Below the pieces are notes generated by a model. That model was not told the origin of the DNA and did no database searches. It saw nothing but the letters and a program-made list of their open reading frames with translations. This document shows, in pieces, positions 60,840 through 64,000 of a stretch of DNA of 64,000 bases. The stretch is taken from positions 100,531 to 164,530 of the forward strand of contig JAEUVA010000010.1 in assembly GCA_016787045.1 (NCBI GenBank). The letters run 5' to 3'. The position numbers and the translations under genes were made by a program. The stretch's first letter is position 1; every line of letters starts with the position of its first letter. The stretch is from Chitinophagales bacterium (GTDB taxonomy: Bacteria > Bacteroidota > Bacteroidia > Chitinophagales > LD1).

Positions 60840-61769
60840 ATGATAGTACATGCACTTATTTTTTTGGCAGGTCTTGCAGTATTGCTGTTTAGTGCCCGTT
60901 ACTTTACCAAAGCAGCCGAAAAGTTGGGCACTCACTTTGGATTACCGCAGTTTGTAGTAGGTGTTTTTATAGTGGGTATAGGCACATCTTTACCGGAGTT
61001 GGTATCGGCCATTGTATCGGTAAGAAACGGAGTTTCTGAAATTGTACCCGGCAATGTATTTGGGTCAAACATTTCTAACTTATTGCTGCTGACCGGTGCA
61101 GTAGCTGTAATTAATCGGAACGATATACATCTGGGCAGCAAGTACATTTATATTGATTTACACTTTTTGTTGGGTGGCTTTTTTATGTTGGCCATTATTA
61201 CAATGGACGGCCAAGTGTGCTGGCACGAAGGGCTGTTTGGAGTAGCGGCATTTCTCATTTTTTCTTTTTATCTGCTTAAGCACCACGATACGGAGCAAGA
61301 GGGCGAATTAGCTCAGCGAACAAAATTGCCATGGATACAAGTAGGTATATTGATTTTGGGTGGCTTGGGTATTTACCTTGGTGCAGAGTATGCTGTAAAC
61401 AATCTCTCTTTATTGGCAATAGACTTTCAACTACCGGCTTCGGTGGTGGCGCTTACCGTATTGTCCTTAGGCACTACGCTGCCAGAGTTGGCGGTGAACA
61501 TCAGTGCCATACGCGAAGGTAAAGCCGAAATGGCCATAGGCAATGTATTGGGCTCATGTGTGTTTAACTCTATGGCAGTACCTGCAATAGCCGCATTTTT
61601 TGGCGATATAACTGTACCTCAAAACCTACTTGATTTTTCGTTGCCGGTAATGATGGGAGCCGGGTTGTTTTTCTATCTACTTACGCACGATAAAAAAATA
61701 TCTCCTTGGGAAGGAGCACTTTTTTTGGTGCTCTACGGGTTGTTTATCTTCAAAGTGGCGGTGGCGTAA
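60840..61769 (+). CDS. calcium/sodium antiporter (CaCA/YrbG family)
   Basis: Two alpha-repeats, GIGTSLPELVSAI and SLGTTLPELAVNI. Confidence 0.8.
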   Translation: MIVHALIFLAGLAVLLFSARYFTKAAEKLGTHFGLPQFVVGVFIVGIGTSLPELVSAIVSVRNGVSEIVPGNVFGSNISNLLLLTGAVAVINRNDIHLGSKYIYIDLHFLLGGFFMLAIITMDGQVCWHEGLFGVAAFLIFSFYLLKHHDTEQEGELAQRTKLPWIQVGILILGGLGIYLGAEYAVNNLSLLAIDFQLPASVVALTVLSLGTTLPELAVNISAIREGKAEMAIGNVLGSCVFNSMAVPAIAAFFGDITVPQNLLDFSLPVMMGAGLFFYLLTHDKKISPWEGALFLVLYGLFIFKVAVA

Positions 61770-61771
61770 AA

Positions 61772-62170
61772 CTACCACGGGTGTTGAATATCTTTGGCTG
61801 TATAGCGGTGATTACGCTCTGCGTAATACGAGCTAGATTGCCTGCTGAGTTGAATAGGACTTTTTGATTTGCGAAAAATACGGGCAAGCATGGCCATAGG
61901 CACAAGCAATAGAAAAAATAGTGCAGATAAAACTACTTTATTCATTACCCCACCCATCAGTTCCGCTAGCTTCATCCACCAAAAAGCGAGCCGGGCGGTT
62001 ACCGATTTCAAAAACAAACCGATAAGCCCAAGAAACAGAGAAACAGTGAGCAGCAATTTGGTAGAAGGTAAGTGTTTGCCTTCTTTAAACAGGAAAATAC
62101 CCAGCAGCACCATACAAATGGTGAGCACTACTTCTAACTCTTTTTCGCGGTTGAGTTTGATGGGTTTCAT
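61772..62170 (-). CDS. SxtJ-like small membrane protein
   Basis: ~130 aa with 3 hydrophobic helices. It sits directly downstream of a carbamoyltransferase and a DUF5989-like mini-gene, as in SxtI-J-K-type triads. Start moved to ATG 62170. Confidence 0.5.
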   Translation of the reverse strand: MKPIKLNREKELEVVLTICMVLLGIFLFKEGKHLPSTKLLLTVSLFLGLIGLFLKSVTARLAFWWMKLAELMGGVMNKVVLSALFFLLLVPMAMLARIFRKSKSPIQLSRQSSSYYAERNHRYTAKDIQHPW

Positions 62171-62176
62171 TATCAA

Positions 62177-62326
62177 TTAAAATAAAGTATAGACAAAAGG
62201 TGCCGCAGCGGAGCCACCGCCAATTACCACTAAAGCACCTACCAGCACCAATACAATGATCATGGGTAGCAACCACCAAATTTTACGTTCCCACATAAAC
62301 TCTGCAAGCTCTTTCAAAAATTCCAT
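62177..62326 (-). CDS. 49-aa single-pass membrane protein, DUF5989/SxtK-like (not in the supplied ORF track)
   Basis: My translation is MEFLKELAEFMWERKIWWLLPMIIVLVLVGALVVIGGGSAAAPFVYTLF*. It lies 10 nt after the carbamoyltransferase stop and 6 nt before the next ATG. Confidence 0.65.
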   Translation of the reverse strand: MEFLKELAEFMWERKIWWLLPMIIVLVLVGALVVIGGGSAAAPFVYTLF

Positions 62327-62336
62327 AGCTGTAATT

Positions 62337-64000
62337 TTAATCTAAAGTAAACTCTTTTTTCCAATCACTACTCTCTTGCCAATTGGGTTGTTCGCTTTTG
62401 GTCAGTACATAATTGCCCAGTACCAAATAATCCATTTCGGTACGCATAAAGCATTTGTACGCATCATCCGGTGTGCACACCGGTGGTTCGCCCCGCACAT
62501 TAAAACTGGTATTTACCAATAACCCATAGCCGGTTAGTTGCTTAAATGATTTCAGCAATTGATAATAACGGGGGTTGGTTTCTGGGTGTATAGTTTGCAC
62601 GCGTGCCGAAAAATCAACATGTGTAATGGCCGGTAAATCAGATCGCAGTGTGTAGAGCCGTTCCATCATGGGCAATTGGTGGTAACTATCGGGCACTGTT
62701 TTACGGTGCAATTTTTTTACCGGTGCTACTATCAGCATGTATGGAGAAGCGGCATCTAATTCAAAATACTCGTTTGCCTCTTCTGCTAAAACAGATGGCG
62801 CAAACGGGCGGAACCCCTCGCGGTATTTGATTTTTAAATTCAATTTTTTCTGCATTTCTGCATTGCGGGCATCGCCAAGTATAGAGCGGTTGCCCAGCGC
62901 ACGCGGGCCAAACTCCATGCGCCCCTGAAACCAGCCCACTACATTTCCATCGTTAAGAAGTAGTGCGGTGGCGGTAGTTAATGCGTCAACAGTTTCGTGT
63001 TTTTGCGCAACGGCTTTGTATTTGCGCAGTGTTTGCTCCACATCAACATCCGAAAACTCGGGGCCTAGGTAGGCACCTTGCATTTCGTCTTGCGCTGTAG
63101 TGGCTATTCGCTCTTTGCCAAAGTGAATAAAATATGCGGCCTGCGCTGCACCTACAGCGCCACCGGCATCACCGGCAGCGGGCTGAACAAACAAATTTTC
63201 AAAAATGCCTGAGCGTAATAGTTTTCCGTTGGCCACACAATTAAGCGCCACACCACCGGCCATGCACAAGTTGGCGCAGTTTGTAATTCGCTTGGCTTCG
63301 GCAGCCATCAGTAAGACTAGTTCTTCGGTAACAGCTTGTATGGCATACGCCATGTTGCAGTGATGTTGCAGTAATTCGTCTTCTTCATTTCTTCTTTTGA
63401 AGCCAAAAAGATTTTGCCACTTTTCATCATCGGCCATGCGGAGGCCTGTGGCGTAATTGAAATACTCCTGATTAAGCCACAAAGACCCATCGGGCTTGAG
63501 GTCTATCAATACTTCTTTAATACTTTGAATGTATTGCTTTGTTTGCGGGGAGTCGGCAATGCCGTAGGGAGCCAGCCCCATCATTTTATACTCACCGGAG
63601 TTGACTTTAAAACCTAAGTAATAAGTAAAAGCACTATACAACAAGCCGGGAGAATGCGGAAAGCGCAGTTCTTTCAAAATTTCTATGCTATTACCGCTAC
63701 CCTTGCTGATAGAAGCAGTAGCCCATTCACCCACGCCATCTAAAGTGAGTATGGCGGCTTCCTGAAAAGGAGAGGAGTAAAACGCGCTGGCAGCATGAGA
63801 GAGGTGATGCTCCGGAAATAAAAACTTCACCTTCTTTTTATCATAGCCGGGCAGTTGCTCCAACTCTTCGTGCATTACGCGCTTCAGAAACATTTTTTCG
63901 CGCAGCCATACCGGCATTGCTTGCAAATAAGAAATCAAACCTTTGGGCGCAAAACCGTAATAGGTTTCGAGCAATCGCTCAAATTTCAACAACGGCTTAT
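62337..64000 (-). CDS. NodU/CmcH-family carbamoyltransferase, 5'-truncated by the window edge
   Basis: LFPEHHLSHAASAFY, GGVALNCVANG, NTSFNVRGEP. The frame stays open to nt 64000. Confidence 0.85.
   Translation of the reverse strand, partial: KPLLKFERLLETYYGFAPKGLISYLQAMPVWLREKMFLKRVMHEELEQLPGYDKKKVKFLFPEHHLSHAASAFYSSPFQEAAILTLDGVGEWATASISKGSGNSIEILKELRFPHSPGLLYSAFTYYLGFKVNSGEYKMMGLAPYGIADSPQTKQYIQSIKEVLIDLKPDGSLWLNQEYFNYATGLRMADDEKWQNLFGFKRRNEEDELLQHHCNMAYAIQAVTEELVLLMAAEAKRITNCANLCMAGGVALNCVANGKLLRSGIFENLFVQPAAGDAGGAVGAAQAAYFIHFGKERIATTAQDEMQGAYLGPEFSDVDVEQTLRKYKAVAQKHETVDALTTATALLLNDGNVVGWFQGRMEFGPRALGNRSILGDARNAEMQKKLNLKIKYREGFRPFAPSVLAEEANEYFELDAASPYMLIVAPVKKLHRKTVPDSYHQLPMMERLYTLRSDLPAITHVDFSARVQTIHPETNPRYYQLLKSFKQLTGYGLLVNTSFNVRGEPPVCTPDDAYKCFMRTEMDYLVLGNYVLTKSEQPNWQESSDWKKEFTLD

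Overview
This looks like a Bacteroidota-type chromosomal segment. It has many type IX secretion (T9SS) C-terminal sorting domains and a GldA-like ABC ATPase. I support about 58 protein-coding features plus repeats and terminators. I saw no rRNA, tRNA or CRISPR array by eye. Housekeeping genes are groES-groEL, class II ribonucleotide reductase nrdJ, glpK, accC, yceD-rpmF, DAHP synthase/chorismate mutase, idi and serA, interleaved with secreted or surface proteins. Five things deserve a second look. (1) A ~7.5 kb accessory segment (22.2-29.7 kb) is bracketed by an imperfect duplication of the last 47 nt of the MATE transporter gene. (2) Two unrelated AAA ATPase genes with nuclease-like C-termini (11181-12596 and 22290-23435) are each bracketed by their own hairpin/palindrome repeats with the same geometry: the repeat ends exactly 8 nt before the ATG and recurs at the stop codon. 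(3) Inside the segment, a tightly coupled minus-strand surface-protein operon (tail-fibre-like protein, T9SS cargo, Cys-rich mini-lipoproteins, duplicated and orphan sorting domains) is preceded by a G14 homopolymer tract. (4) A collagen-like protein carries a 144-bp higher-order tandem repeat. (5) A carbamoyltransferase / SxtK-like / SxtJ-like triad has a 49-aa middle gene that is below the ORF-track cutoff. All family calls come from motif recognition by eye, and no database search was run. The ORF track translates TTG/GTG starts as M, so several starts were moved to the first ATG that gives a plausible signal peptide or N-terminus.
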